In this document: positions 36,528-48,518 of the stretch, piece after piece
Numbering within the stretch: the stretch's first letter is position 1
How the letters are laid out: each line of letters starts with the position of its first letter
Origin: Paraspadella gotoi
Taxonomy: Eukaryota; Animalia; Chaetognatha
DNA length: 64,000 bases
Assembly (NCBI GenBank): GCA_051294375.1
Contig: CM119268.1
Span: forward strand, 18,182,005-18,246,004
Direction of reading: 5' to 3'
The notes under the pieces: model-generated
What the model was told of the DNA's origin: nothing
The model's input: the letters and a program-made list of their open reading frames with translations, nothing else
Database searches by the model: none
Made by a program: the position numbers and the translations under genes

Positions 36528-39500
36528 TTAATGAGAACCAAACTGACAAACGTAGGATTTCTTGATGGTGCAAGGCAAATCGTTCCACTTTTTGCTGGTC
36601 AACAACTCGACGCAATTCTCGACCCGGCCGCCATTGGGTTCCCCACCGTTCCAGTTGGTGTAGGTCAGATGGACGCCTTTTGTATCTACCCATTGGCCTT
36701 CCGCATGGATGTCGTTGCTGGCGATCCAAGGATTGGCGTCGAGGGCGTGGACGATGTTTGCGGTCGTGGTGTCGTAGATGACGGCCAATTCTCCGTGATC
36801 AGCTGCGCATGCGTCGCGGGCTTGGATCCATTCAACTTTAGAGTCGTATCTCTTGTAATAAAGTCCGTTGGCTCGCAGGGCGTAACCCGCGGGAACAGCG
36901 GGCATTGTATAGTGAACGCCTGTTATAGAATGAAGCCGTTACTAAGTTTACATCTTCATTGTAAGCCTTGTCTCATATCATTATACGTCAATAACCCTTA
37001 CCTTCCCGGTATTGACAAACAAATTTTTGCTTGTTGGTGCAGGACCAATCGTTCCATTTCTTGTTGCTTAAAAGTTGGACGCAGTTTTCTGCTCTTCCAC
37101 CATTGGGTTCACCGCCGTTCCAATTGAAATAGGTAAGCGATTCGCCTCGAGATGAGACCCAGTGTCCCTCGTTCTCTCGATCATTTCCTCCAGTCCAAGA
37201 AGTGGCCCCATATCCAGTGACGATGGTGGCCGCTTGGTCGTCGTAAATGACCACCAATTCACCGCCGCTTTGTTTACACGTCTCACGAGCTTCGGGCCAA
37301 GTGGATTTCGTGTCGTATTTCCTGTAGTAAATTTTGTTGGATCCTCTGAGGTAACCAACGGGAATGTGAGAGAGAGCTGCGAGTTGCGCAGTATGGGACG
37401 AATAGATAGGTAGAAAAAAATATTAAATAGGTATAAAAAATGTTAATACAAGCTTGAATTGATATATATGTATTCGTAAACTTGTACTTAATCCATTATC
37501 TCCGAGATTTTCACAGATGAATCAAACAAGTAATTGGATTCAAAAGCACAAGACTTTTTATAATCGAGCAATTGAATTTTGATTGCATTTGATTTTAAAA
37601 TTTTTACTACGATGTACATTTATATACGTCTATACTTAGATTCATATTTTATATATTTCAAATAGTTTACTTAGGCTGCACCTGAATCGGTGAATTGACA
37701 GACAAACGCCTTCTTGATATTGCACGGAAGATCGTTCCACTTTTTGCTGCTCAGCATCTCAACGCAATTTTCTTTAGTTCCGCCATTAGGTTCTCCCCCA
37801 TTCCAGTTGGTGTATGTGAGAGATGATCCCTTAGCTGATTTCCAGTGGCCTTCTGCTTGGGAGTCAGTGGCACCGATCCAAGGATTGTTCACATAACCAT
37901 GAACAATTTTGGCGACATTAGCATTGGAAATCACTGCTAGTTCTCCTCTGTCTTGGCTGCAGACTTCCTTTGCTTGATTCCACTCAACAAGGGAATCATA
38001 TTTTTTGTAAAAGATCCCATTTGACTCTTTCGTGTAGCCTTCAGGCACCCGATTTTCTGGCTCAAGAAAATAAGTTGAATTAAAGAAATGTATAATTAAA
38101 AGTTATAAAATTTGTTACAGCAATATATCACCTTGCTTAATGCTAAACTGGCAGACAAACTTTTGCTTGGTGGTACATGGATAATCATCCCATTTTTTAG
38201 TGTTGTATTGCATTGCACAGTTTGCGCCTCTGCCTCCATTGGGTTCCCCAGCATTCCAAGGATGATAGGAGAGAAATTTGCCGGTAGATGTTACCCAGTT
38301 CCCCTGTTAGTAAGATTAATCATTTAACTGAATTATTTGGTACAACTTGGTGTTTGCACTCCTTTTGGAGTCTAACGGGAACCCAGTATCACTCTTCATT
38401 ACATCTTTTCTTATCTAAAAATGAAGTAAATACTTTCCTCCTTATTAATATCATTTGCGTTGATCCATGCTCTGTGTTCCAAGTTGTGAACGATGGAGGC
38501 AGAGAGCTCATCATTGACGACCGCAAGTTGACCACCGTCTTGATTGCAGGTGTCGCGCGCTGCCGTCCAGCTCTTGTCTTCATTGTACTTCTTGTAATAG
38601 AGTCCATTGGCTCGAAGGGTGTAACCCGCGGGAACAGCGGGCATTGTATGGTGAATGTCTGTAATATAATGAAGCCATAACAACGGCACAATGTACATCA
38701 ATACTTGGATTTATATTTTATATATTTCAAATAATTTACTTAGTCCACACCTGAATCAGTGAATTGACAGACAAAAGCCTTCTTGATATTGCATGGCAGA
38801 TCGTTCCACTTTTTACTGCTCAGCATCTCAACACAATTTTCTCTAGTTCCGCCATTAGGTTCTCCCCCATTCCAGTTGGTGTATGTGAGAGATGATCCCT
38901 TAGCAGATTTCCAGTGGCCTTCTGATTGGGCATCAGTGGCACCAATCCAAGGATTGTTCACATAACTGTGAACAATTTTGGCAACATTAGCATTGGAAAT
39001 CACAGCTAGTTCTCCTCCGTCTTTGCTGCAGACTTCCTTTGCTTGATTCCACTCAACAAGGGAATCATATTTTTTGTAGAAGATCCCATTTGATTCTTTC
39101 GTGTAGCCTTCTGGCACCAGATTTTCTGCTCAGGAAAATAAGTTGAATTTAAGAAATATATAATAAAAAGTTATAAAAGTTATAAAAGTTATAAAAGTTA
39201 TTGTAGCAACGTATTAAAAGTTATAAAAGTTATAAAATTTATTGTAGCAACGTATTACCTTGCTCAATGCTAAACTGGCAGACAAACTTTTGCTTGGTGG
39301 TACATGGATAATCGTCCCATTTTTTAGTGTTGTATTGCATTGCACAGTTTGCGCCTCTGCCTCCATTGGGTTCCCCAGCGTTCCAAGGACGATAAGTGAG
39401 CAATTCGCCAGTAGATGTTACCCAATTCCCCTGTTGGTAAGTTTTATCATTTATCTTAATTATTTCGCTCAACTCGGTCTTTGCACTTCTTCCAGAGTCT

Positions 39501-41253
39501 AACAGGAACCCAGTATCACTCTTCATTACATCTTTATTGATCTAAAAAAGAAGTAAATACTTTCCTCGTTATCGATATCGTTTGCGTTGATCCACGCGAC
39601 GTGTTCCAAGTCGCGAACAATGGAGGCAGAGAGCTCATCCTTGACGACCGCAAGTAGACCACCGTCTCCTTTGCAGGTGTCGCGCGCCGCCGCCCAGCTC
39701 TTGACTTCATCGTACTTCTTGTAATAGAGGCCGTTGGCGCGTTTGGTGTAGCCTGCGGGGACAGCATCACAGACTTTCCTCATCAACGAGTGAAGGGTGG
39801 CTCCGACTTCCTCGAAATCGTTCGCCTCGAGGACACGATCCTTTGACCCAGCGATGTCCTTCAGCCCCTGTTCGTCAATCCCGTCGCCGATGCCGACGGC
39901 GTAGACTTTAATCCCGTTGTCCGCCCAGGCGATCGTCTCTGCTTTAGCGAGATCGCGCTGCTCGGTTGTGGTGGGAACTCCGTCCGTGAAGACAAGGCAG
40001 AGCTAAGTAGTGGCGGGGCGACGAGGAACGAGGTGTGGTAGTGAGGCAGTGAAATATCTCACTCTATGTACCACCTTGCTTACTTGCTCGCTCGTCGCTT
40101 GCTTGCTTGCTTGCTTGCTTGCTTTCTTTCTTTATCATCTCGTGAAGGGGATCTTAAACTCACATATTTTATCCTTCTTCAACCCTTAATATTACTTCAG
40201 CATCCCCCACCTACCTTAACGGCGTCTTTATCATCCCTATCATTTTCGGCAAAGTTTTCTAAGGCTTTCCTCATCGCAGTCCCAGTGAAAGTCGCTCCTT
40301 CAACGTATTCTGTTTCCCTTATTTGCTTTATCAAATCAATTTTGTCCACGATGCTGCAAATGAAAGCAGTGTAGAAAAACTTGCATGTTAACTGTAGTAA
40401 CAATAACAGTAACAATGTTACTGCGGATTAAATGCTTAGAAAATATTTAAAAATCATGTCACAAAATGATAGAAGATAGTTAGTTCTATAGATTTTTAAA
40501 AAAATTGTCTTTACATTTTACGATTTACAAATACATTTTAAACCATCTTTATATGATAGTATGATACATTTTGCCCCTTCACAAATGATTATGGGCCTAA
40601 TTTTTTATGTATAAAAAGAGATTAATCGAAAAACTGACAACTGGACTGAACGAGTCGTGTCAAACTCCAAAGACGAACCTGCCTAAGGTGATCACGACGT
40701 CCGTTTGAGTTGAAAACCTGACGAGACCAACTCGCGTCTTGTCTTCCCCGATGTCGAGCTTTTCCACTTCGTCCGCAATTCCCTTCCAGTCACAAAAGGA
40801 AACGAGTTTAGTTTTTAGCTTGTAAAAAGTATTTATTACAACTTGACAATGCCACTTTAAAGGCATTTGATTAATTTTTGATTCATTTTTGAATCTTTTT
40901 TTATTCATTCTCTGCAGTCACATTGCTCCTCACTTTCATCATGTTGTGGAAGTGATCCTCGCCGACGCTGAGGGACGAATCCACGATGAACTGGAGATCC
41001 ATCTTCGACGAACTCTTGCACGTCGTTTCGGCCAACACTTTAATTAAATATATTAAAATTGCATTCAAAATTATACTTTGATGTACGTATGTTATCAAAA
41101 AGTTCATTATACGGTATATATCTGTCTGTCTATCAATCTTTTTATCTATCTAAATATATATATATATATATATATCTATATATAAAAATATATCAACATA
41201 CCATTTTCCAAAACCAAAATCGCCAAGACGAAAAAAACTCGAATTTCCTTCAT
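36528..41253 (-). CDS. Secreted vWA-domain + six C-type lectin domain protein, 12 exons, about 972 aa
   Basis: Exons: 41202-41253 (signal MKEIRVFFVLAILVLEN), 40934-41037, 40679-40782, 40215-40353, 39565-40002, 39259-39430, 38751-39125, 38438-38658, 38132-38303, 37682-38056, 37002-37376, 36528-36919. vWA motifs: DLQFIVDSSLSVG, TRVGLVRFS, GATFTGTAM, LVFTDG, VYAVGIG. Each CTLD has W..A...C, GEPNGG..(E/A)NC, KWND/KWDD, (F/Y)VCQ. The model needs two GA donors (see findings). Confidence 0.92.
37641..39767. repeat. Intragenic tandem duplication of a two-CTLD cassette (about 1.07-1.13 kb x2), including introns
   Basis: 37671-38048 and 38740-39117 encode near-identical domains. The flanking introns align, and the second copy has an extra (TTATAAAAG)n expansion at about 39165-39240. 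Confidence 0.9.
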
Positions 41254-41300
41254 TTTTAAAAATGTAAAATGAAAGTAGGGAATTCTCGTTGAGTTTATTG

Positions 41301-41353
41301 TATTTATACGATTTCAGTTTGACAAGACGTCGCGAAGACATTGACGACGTCAT
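41301..41353 (-). promoter_or_regulatory. TATA box and CRE-like site of the vWA-lectin gene
   Basis: TATAAATA (41301-41308, minus) about 48 bp upstream of the ATG, with TGACGTCG just upstream. Confidence 0.55.
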
Positions 41354-41837
41354 AAAATTAAATATTGGCTTAACAATTTAAAATCCCAATCTTGCCGAAT
41401 AAAAACTGTTTTGATAAAATTTTACTTATTTTGATTGTGATTATTGAATACGTAAATAGATAATTGATAAATTAAAGGTAAATGATTTTGACATATTTCG
41501 TTAATTATTTAATCGTATTTTTATCAAAGATATGACAGTGTGTCACTAACGGAGCCTTTATTTAAAAATTAAATATTTCTAAATTTTAAGTAGTTATATT
41601 TACGTCCTATACCTACTACTAAAATATTTTATGTAAATTTAACAGGGCTTTCTCGTGAAACGGTCCGGGAATAAATAAAAACCTGACAATCTTAAATAAT
41701 TGAGTTTTTTCAAAACTAAATAAAAACTTGTCAAAGAAAACTTTGACAATAAAATTCAATGCAGAAAATTCATTTGCTCCTTTCGTTTCCAGGATTTTCA
41801 CTCAAAACTTGTAAAGTTCCATTTCGCCCCATTCTGC

Positions 41838-41917
41838 TGAAGAGACAGAATAATTGTTATGATTTAGTAATAAAACCGTTCAATATAAGCATTAAGCAGT
41901 CCTTGAGCTTCGGATCA
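41838..41917 (-). mobile_element. 3-prime fragment of the tRNA-LTR TRIM LTR
   Basis: tgaagagacag...accgttcaatataagca...agtccttgagcttcggatca is the reverse complement of the LTR end. Confidence 0.8.
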
Positions 41918-42260
41918 CCAGTCTGCCTCCTATTTCTCTTCCTTCACGAGCGGTTTTCTACAATTTCTAAGTTTTATACTGTTTTTATATGATTTTAAAG
42001 TCTCTTTTACCTATTTCATATTCTTCATCCTATCGTCGCTTCACCTTGTCTTCCTTCCTTAATTCTTTAATTCCATTTCTTACCCCACCCTCCCTGCCTC
42101 CCTTCCCCCTCCCCACTCGCCTCTTTGTTCATCCCCCGCTCGTCATAAGCGTCCATAAATCATTTGGCTGAAAGAAGAAGCAACCGGGGCGTGGCTGCCT
42201 GCGTGATGCGCGGGAATGCGCGTGGGATGTAATAAACAAAGCCGAATCTCTCCTCTCTCT

Positions 42261-42344
<84 letters not shown>

Positions 42345-43166
42345 CTCTCTTCCCTATCTTTATTATTCTCGAGGAGCCGTGGGATATTTTTACAGCTAAA
42401 TTCAAAAGAAGATGCAAGAAGTTTTAAAAAAGTCGCACAGTAGCTGAAGTTTATTATCGCCATTTTAAATCTCCGAGGACTTTTTTGAAGCTGTTATTGC
42501 TTTTTTTCTTTCCTAGCCTTTAAATTCCATGACTTTCTATTTTTAATTAATACTTTCTTTTCCATTCTTTTTTTGTCATTTTTTAGTTCTCGAGTATAAT
42601 TTAAATGCTTAAATGCTTAAAAAAATTTTTAAAATTAGTTGTACTAATTTCATATAAAAATATGTATTTTGATATTTATCATCGATATAATTAAGTTATT
42701 AGTTAAATATTTTTTTATATCTAACTGAAGATTTTTCTTATTTGTTACCTAAAATATAATAATATATTTTAATAGTATATGCTTTTGTTATATTTATTGT
42801 TTTAGTCCAGAGAGGGAAGCATGCAACGGAAAGAAGACAAAAGATCATCGTAACCAAAGCTAATGTAAAACTTTTCAGGTGGGAAAAGTTTGTCAGAGTT
42901 TTTTTTTGGAAATTAAGTTTAAATCCAAAGAAATTCAGTTAGTCTCCTTGTATAATTACACAAAAATTTTATCCCAGGCTTTTATTTTCAAAATAATTTT
43001 CTTCAGTGAGCCAAGAATGTAATTCAATTTTTTTTTTCAAATTAATCTACAATCTGTTTCGTGCTATATTTGAAGGGATTCCAATTTTTGGATTTAAGTC
43101 GCGAAACTGAGATGACCTCGACCCATTCCATTTCCATCTCTCTCTCTCTTTCTCTCTCTCTCTTTC

Positions 43167-43231
<65 letters not shown>

Positions 43232-43342
43232 AATCTCATCATGAAAAAAACACACGAAATAACTTTCTTACCAAAACTACCAAAATGATAAATTCTCATC
43301 TTTTTAAACGTTTTTCTTTGTAATATTTTTTTTTGAATGAAA

Positions 43343-45021
43343 ATGAGCGCCAATAAACTGACGGATGACCAAATAAGAGAATTTAAAGAATCCTTCCTGC
43401 TTTTTGATAAGGTACAGGAATTGCCATTTATAATTTATACAACTGATAACATAGTACAGTCACTACAGTATATGTCTTTATACAGAACGGAGACGGAACG
43501 ATCACCGTGGATGAACTCGGCACCGTCATGAGATCTCTGGGCCAAAGACCAACGGACGCCGAACTTCACGACATGATAAACGAGGTCAGTGATGTAATAG
43601 GGTTAGGTCATGTTGAAGGGAGCTTTGACTTTTTGATTGGGCTTGGTCGAGTGCGCATTTTTCTAAGATTTAAAGATAACATGAATGTCAAGAACATACA
43701 TCGAAAAAAGATTGTCTCGAATGATTTAAACTTTGGTAATTAATTGAATATTCAACAATACATTTGTACAAATCTTAAAACCTTCTTGGCGGAGATATAA
43801 TAACTATAACGGTATTCACAATGCCATCTTATTAACGTTACATTTTGATCACCGCTCGTAGGAATATTTAAGCCTTGATGTTCCCATTCTTTATTCAGTT
43901 CCTTCGACCGAGGCCTCGGACATCGACCTGTTCGCGTGAGCACTCGACCCAATTATTTTTTTAACGCATCTTTTCATAGTTTCGTGCCATGGAGTTGTAA
44001 TGACTTTGGATTTGACCTTTAACATGACACTATTGATGATCTTTGACACGACTCATGACCCCTTTGTCAGGTCGACGCTGACGGAAGCGGTTCCATCGAC
44101 TTTCCCGAATTCCTCACTATGATGGCGCGAAAGTTGTCGGACAACGAAGGGGACGAGGAATTGCGAGAGGCGTTCAAAGTCTTCGACAAGGACGGCAACG
44201 GGTCAGTCAGTCAGTTGATAACCGTTGTCTGTCTTCCCAGATTGTTTGTATTTGATTCACTATAATTATATAATAATATTATTATAGTAAAAATAATAGT
44301 AATCGTAATATTATATAATAATATTATATATTATATAATAAGTATTAAGAGCAAAATTATCAGTTGAGTAAAGAAGTTTATTCAATAATCATTATAAATT
44401 TATATTTTGAAATTTTCAATAAATGACTTCTTAACAATAATGATATATAATATCTAATTAGAAAACTAGAGCAGAAAGTAACTTTTCACTTTGTGTTGTC
44501 TAGATGCTCAATCTATTTCCAAAAGACAACACTAACATCCCTCTCCCCATTACATTATACAAAGTATACTTTATATAAAGAAAATAATTAAGTCTATAGT
44601 GAAATATAGTGAAATTTATTAAATTTTTACATTTATTTTAAAATTTTGATATAAAATTTTAAAGTCTAATATAATTTATATATTGGTTATACCAATTTCA
44701 TAGTAAAACAAGTAATCTTTCAATTTTCCATATGTACAAATTATTGAAAAATTATTTTCTATATAACTTATTGACTATTTTTTGTCCCTAGGTTCATTAC
44801 CGCGAGCGAATTGCGGCTGGTCATGACCAATCTTGGAGAAAAACTTTCTCGGGAGGAGGTGAATATTTATCGATAACGTCCGTTGTTCAATCCATCCGCC
44901 TTGGACATTACGATGGTCTTTTGTCCAACCTCAGGTGGAGGAAATGATTCGCGAAGCCGACACAGATGGCGATGGACAAATCAGTTTTCCAGAATTCGCG
45001 GCCATGATGAAATCCAGTTGA
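43343..45021 (+). CDS. Calmodulin-like protein (4 EF hands), 5 exons, about 150 aa
   Basis: Exons 43343-43411, 43486-43584, 44071-44201, 44792-44858, 44935-45021 give [150 protein letters not shown]. Alternative ATG at 43337. Confidence 0.96.
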
Positions 45022-45392
45022 GAGAAATTGGATAAAAATAGAAATCTAAGAATGGATGAACTCGATAAAGTACAAGATTGAAGATTATGAAATAAAAAAA
45101 AAAAGAAAAAAATGTTTGGAGAAAATTGGACGCGTGGATATGAGTTACTCGAAAGACGTAGTGAGTTCGACCGCCAAATATACAAAAGCAAAATGAGAAA
45201 TAATTCATTCTTTTTTGTTAATTTGTAAAAAAAAATATTTAAAATCGAATTACAGAATTTTAAAGCAATTTGAATAGTTTTTATTTAGCGTAATGCTTGG
45301 GACTTATCAAATATCCATTTCTTAACAAAACCATTTCCACTCTCCCTAACCCCCTTATCCACCATAACCCTTCGCCGCCATTTCCACTCTCC

Positions 45393-48300
45393 CTAACCCC
45401 CTTTTCCACCATGACCCTTCGCCGCCATTTCCACTCTCCCCATTTTCCCCTCGTAAAACCCGACGACCAACTCGACGACGTCGACGAGAGAGAGAAGCGA
45501 GAGCCCCAGCAACAGCCCCAGCATCCCGCCGAGTTCGCTGAAGAGGCTGGGGAGAGGGAGAGCTGGGGATGAGGTCACCACTTGGACGGCGGACGAGTCG
45601 AAGTAGACGTAGAGCTGGGAGGGGGAAGATGATAAATATTAATTGACATTCCTCACCTTACCTTCCCTTACCTTCAGCATGCTTTTCTTGATGTGTGATA
45701 TCGAGATTGAGCCAAGTCCCGAAATTGAATCATTTTGCGCCAAAGGCAAAGCTCCGTTGTAATTGGGGAATACATTACGAAATCCGTTCTGTGATACAGA
45801 AAACTAGACACAGTACTACCTAAACGCTTATATAAATATTAATATTAATACATTTCATTCATCTTTAATTTCAATTTAATTCGAATTTTGAACAAAAAAA
45901 TTGAAAGGAATGCTAGAAAATCACGTATCCTTAAAGCATTGCAACTCTCCCAAATTTAGATTTTAATCGTTATTCGAATCGGACTAATTGTTTAAGGAAT
46001 TAACGAAAAATTTCGTTTTTACAACAATTTATTTTAGAGTAAGAATATGTTTCGACTTTTTTGTTGCGAGTCTTCATCTGCTGATCTGCTGATTAAGACT
46101 CGCAACAACGAGAGTCGAAACATGTCCTAAACTCTAAAATAAATTGTTGTAAAAACGAAATTTTTCGTTAAATCCTTAACTCAAAAAACAACAAAAGAGA
46201 AAGATCAAATATAATGTCTACGATTCAGACTAATTGTTTAGATATACCTGCTTCGAATTTTCTAAATTGTCCTCGGGGACCCTGTAATACGGATCCAGTT
46301 CTTCGGGGTCTAAATCTCCTGGCCAATCGAGAGGCCAGTTGGACTGGGATTTTTGAATCTTGTACCTCCTCTCGTTGCAGGGCTGGTAACAGCCTTTTTG
46401 CTCAACGAACCGGTTAATGTTCTTTTTGAAAGATTTTTGTTCTCTCTTGTAGCAGTCGGAGAACTGGTGAAGGAATGGTGTGTTGACTTACTTCATTCAT
46501 TCATTCATTCATTCATTCATTCATTCATTAATTCATTCATTGATTTATTTAATTATTCATTCATTTATTCAATCATTCTTTAATTAATTCATTCCTTTGT
46601 TCATTGAGTCATTAATTTATTTATTTAATCGTTTTTCCATTCAATAGTAAATTCAGTCAGTCATTTATTAATTATTTATTAATCCATTTTTACCTGTTCA
46701 TTCGCATCGCAGTCCGCCAAGTGAGGAAAGGCCAGTTTAGGTCTGATGAACATTTTCGGCCAGCAACGGCAATTATCTAGGATGCTGTGCAGATATTGCT
46801 CGTAGATGCAGTCGATCTGCGAATACTTGAACATCTCTTGCTTTCCTTGCAGCTCCAGATGCAGCAACGAATAGTTGAAGGGTCCGCGGTTCTCGACGCA
46901 GAGCTTGGGCCCGTGCTGGGTTCGCGTGACGCGTTGCTCGGTTAGTGCAAGGTAAACGGCTGAACCGGTTGCAAGGTACAAACCTAAGATTAAGTTTAAA
47001 GGCTTTGTGTCCGTCCACTACGTTTTAATCTTAGCAAAATCAATTATCAGACTATCCTCCAAACCGAGGCAACAGTTTTCCTCTAGCACTCTGTATTATC
47101 CGCTCACCCTGATACTGCGGCCTCGGCAAAGAGTTTCTCTCGTGGACGACGACTTTGACTCCGGATTCCGTCTTGAATTTTTGATATCTCGAGAGGTGGA
47201 CGTCAAGGACGAGAACCAACCCATGGGTGGGTCCCGATGTCACAGACTTCTTCGATTCGTTATCTTTCGGAAAATTTAAAGAAAAGAAAGTGACTTGTTT
47301 TGTTTTGAAAATACGGTAAACAAAAACTAATCTATATCGTAGTTACTTTTAGAACTTCCTTTTAAACTTAGTCTTCTAACGATCAACCAAAATAGATATT
47401 ATTAATATGAAAATGTTGTAGACGAAAATACGAGAAAATAAAGGTAGGAAAAAAGGTGAAGGATTGTGACGATGTAAGAAAAGTAGAAAAGAAGTGAGAC
47501 GAGCTCTCTCCTGATCCACTTTTATCATCGCCCTGACCAACTTGACCCTACGGTCTCCTCGGCCCTATTGCTTTGTCCGGTCAATCTAAGGACATTGCCA
47601 AAGCTAGGGCAAAGTGACCGGGTGGGCTGACTGGCTCGGAGAAAGTCGCCTAAATGTTTTGAAATCAATTTTATTGAAATCCAAATCCTGGATATATCTA
47701 GCAGAGGATAGTTAATGGTCACGTCACTTACATCTGGCGTTGAAAGTGACGCAGTTTCCAAAAACCGCATCGAAAGAGACGACGAAGTCTCTCGTCAAAT
47801 CGCAATCGTCTTCGTCGTAGCGACACTTGACGATCATCTCCAAGGCCGCGTCCTCTTCGATCGACGGCTTCGTCCAATTCTCGTAAAACTCTTTCTGTGC
47901 CCGAAAGACGTTTTCGCCGAAGACGACGGGCAGGTTTCGCTCGGGCACCGTCAGTTTGTGCGAGACTTCGAGGATCTCGTCCGGGGAAAAGCCGCCGTTA
48001 GCATCCGCGGATTTTTTCTCTGACTCTGTTGACTCTGTTGGCGGAAGGCTTAAGTTAAGTTAAGTTATAAATATACAACGAGTTGCAAACGTTTTCTCCT
48101 TTCCTTTCCTTTCCTTTCCTTTCCTTTCCTTTCCTTTCCTTTCCTTTCCTTTCCTTTCCTTTCCTTTCCTTTCCTTTCCTTTCCTTTCCTTTCCTTTCCT
48201 TTCCTTTCCTTTCCTTTCCTTTCCTTTCCTTTCCTTTCCTTTCCTAGGCGCCCACAAATTTTCTCACTCCCGCTCTCAAATTCACTCCTTACTTTGCGGA

Positions 48301-48518
48301 TTCAAATTGCAGACAGTGACGGACGGAAATTCTTGATCTCCAACCATTTCCTCGTAGATTTCCGTGCTGATCGGGTAGGTGAGATATCGATTGATGAGCA
48401 GACCCATGGAATAGAGGAACAGACTCAGGGAGATAATTGTGACTGAAACGCGAAGGAGGAAAAGTTTTTCACGGGGTCCAGATGGCGCTTTCTTTGCGGG
48501 GTCCTTGGCTTTCGTCAT
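45393..48518 (-). CDS. Divergent DEG/ENaC (amiloride-sensitive channel family) subunit, 7 exons, about 509 aa
   Basis: Exons 48293-48518, 47732-48034, 47108-47263, 46694-46983, 46248-46463, 45672-45788, 45393-45614. Motifs: TM1 then YLTYP, FPSVTVCNLNP, FGNCVTFN, GPTHGLVLVLD, GVKVVVH, Cys-rich thumb, CYQPC, LYVYFD, LFSELGGMLGLLLGLSLLSLVDVVE (TM2). Confidence 0.92.
45992..46179. mobile_element. Second palindromic Penelope-like remnant with hammerhead-type cores, in intron 5 of the DEG/ENaC gene
   Basis: Imperfect arms of about 85-90 bp. Plus strand 46089-46126 reads CTGATTA-a-GACTC-gcaacaacga-GAGTC-GAAACATGTC. The minus arm reads CAGATGA-a-GACTC...GTC-GAAACAT. AATAAA lies downstream in each arm. 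Confidence 0.72.
48096..48245. repeat. (TTTCC)n pentanucleotide array, about 30 units, in DEG/ENaC intron 1
   Basis: Direct reading. Confidence 0.97.

Noticed and set aside
36531-37127. 198-aa plus-strand ORF, and 49230-49895 plus
   Set aside because: Antisense shadows of the lectin and DMRT coding exons.
38411-38701. Lectin domains 1 and 3 as truncated pseudo-domains ending SIYFIFR/SIYFFFR
   Set aside because: The missing halves follow 134 nt downstream with good acceptors and intact EPN/WDD motifs; a GA-donor intron explains both.
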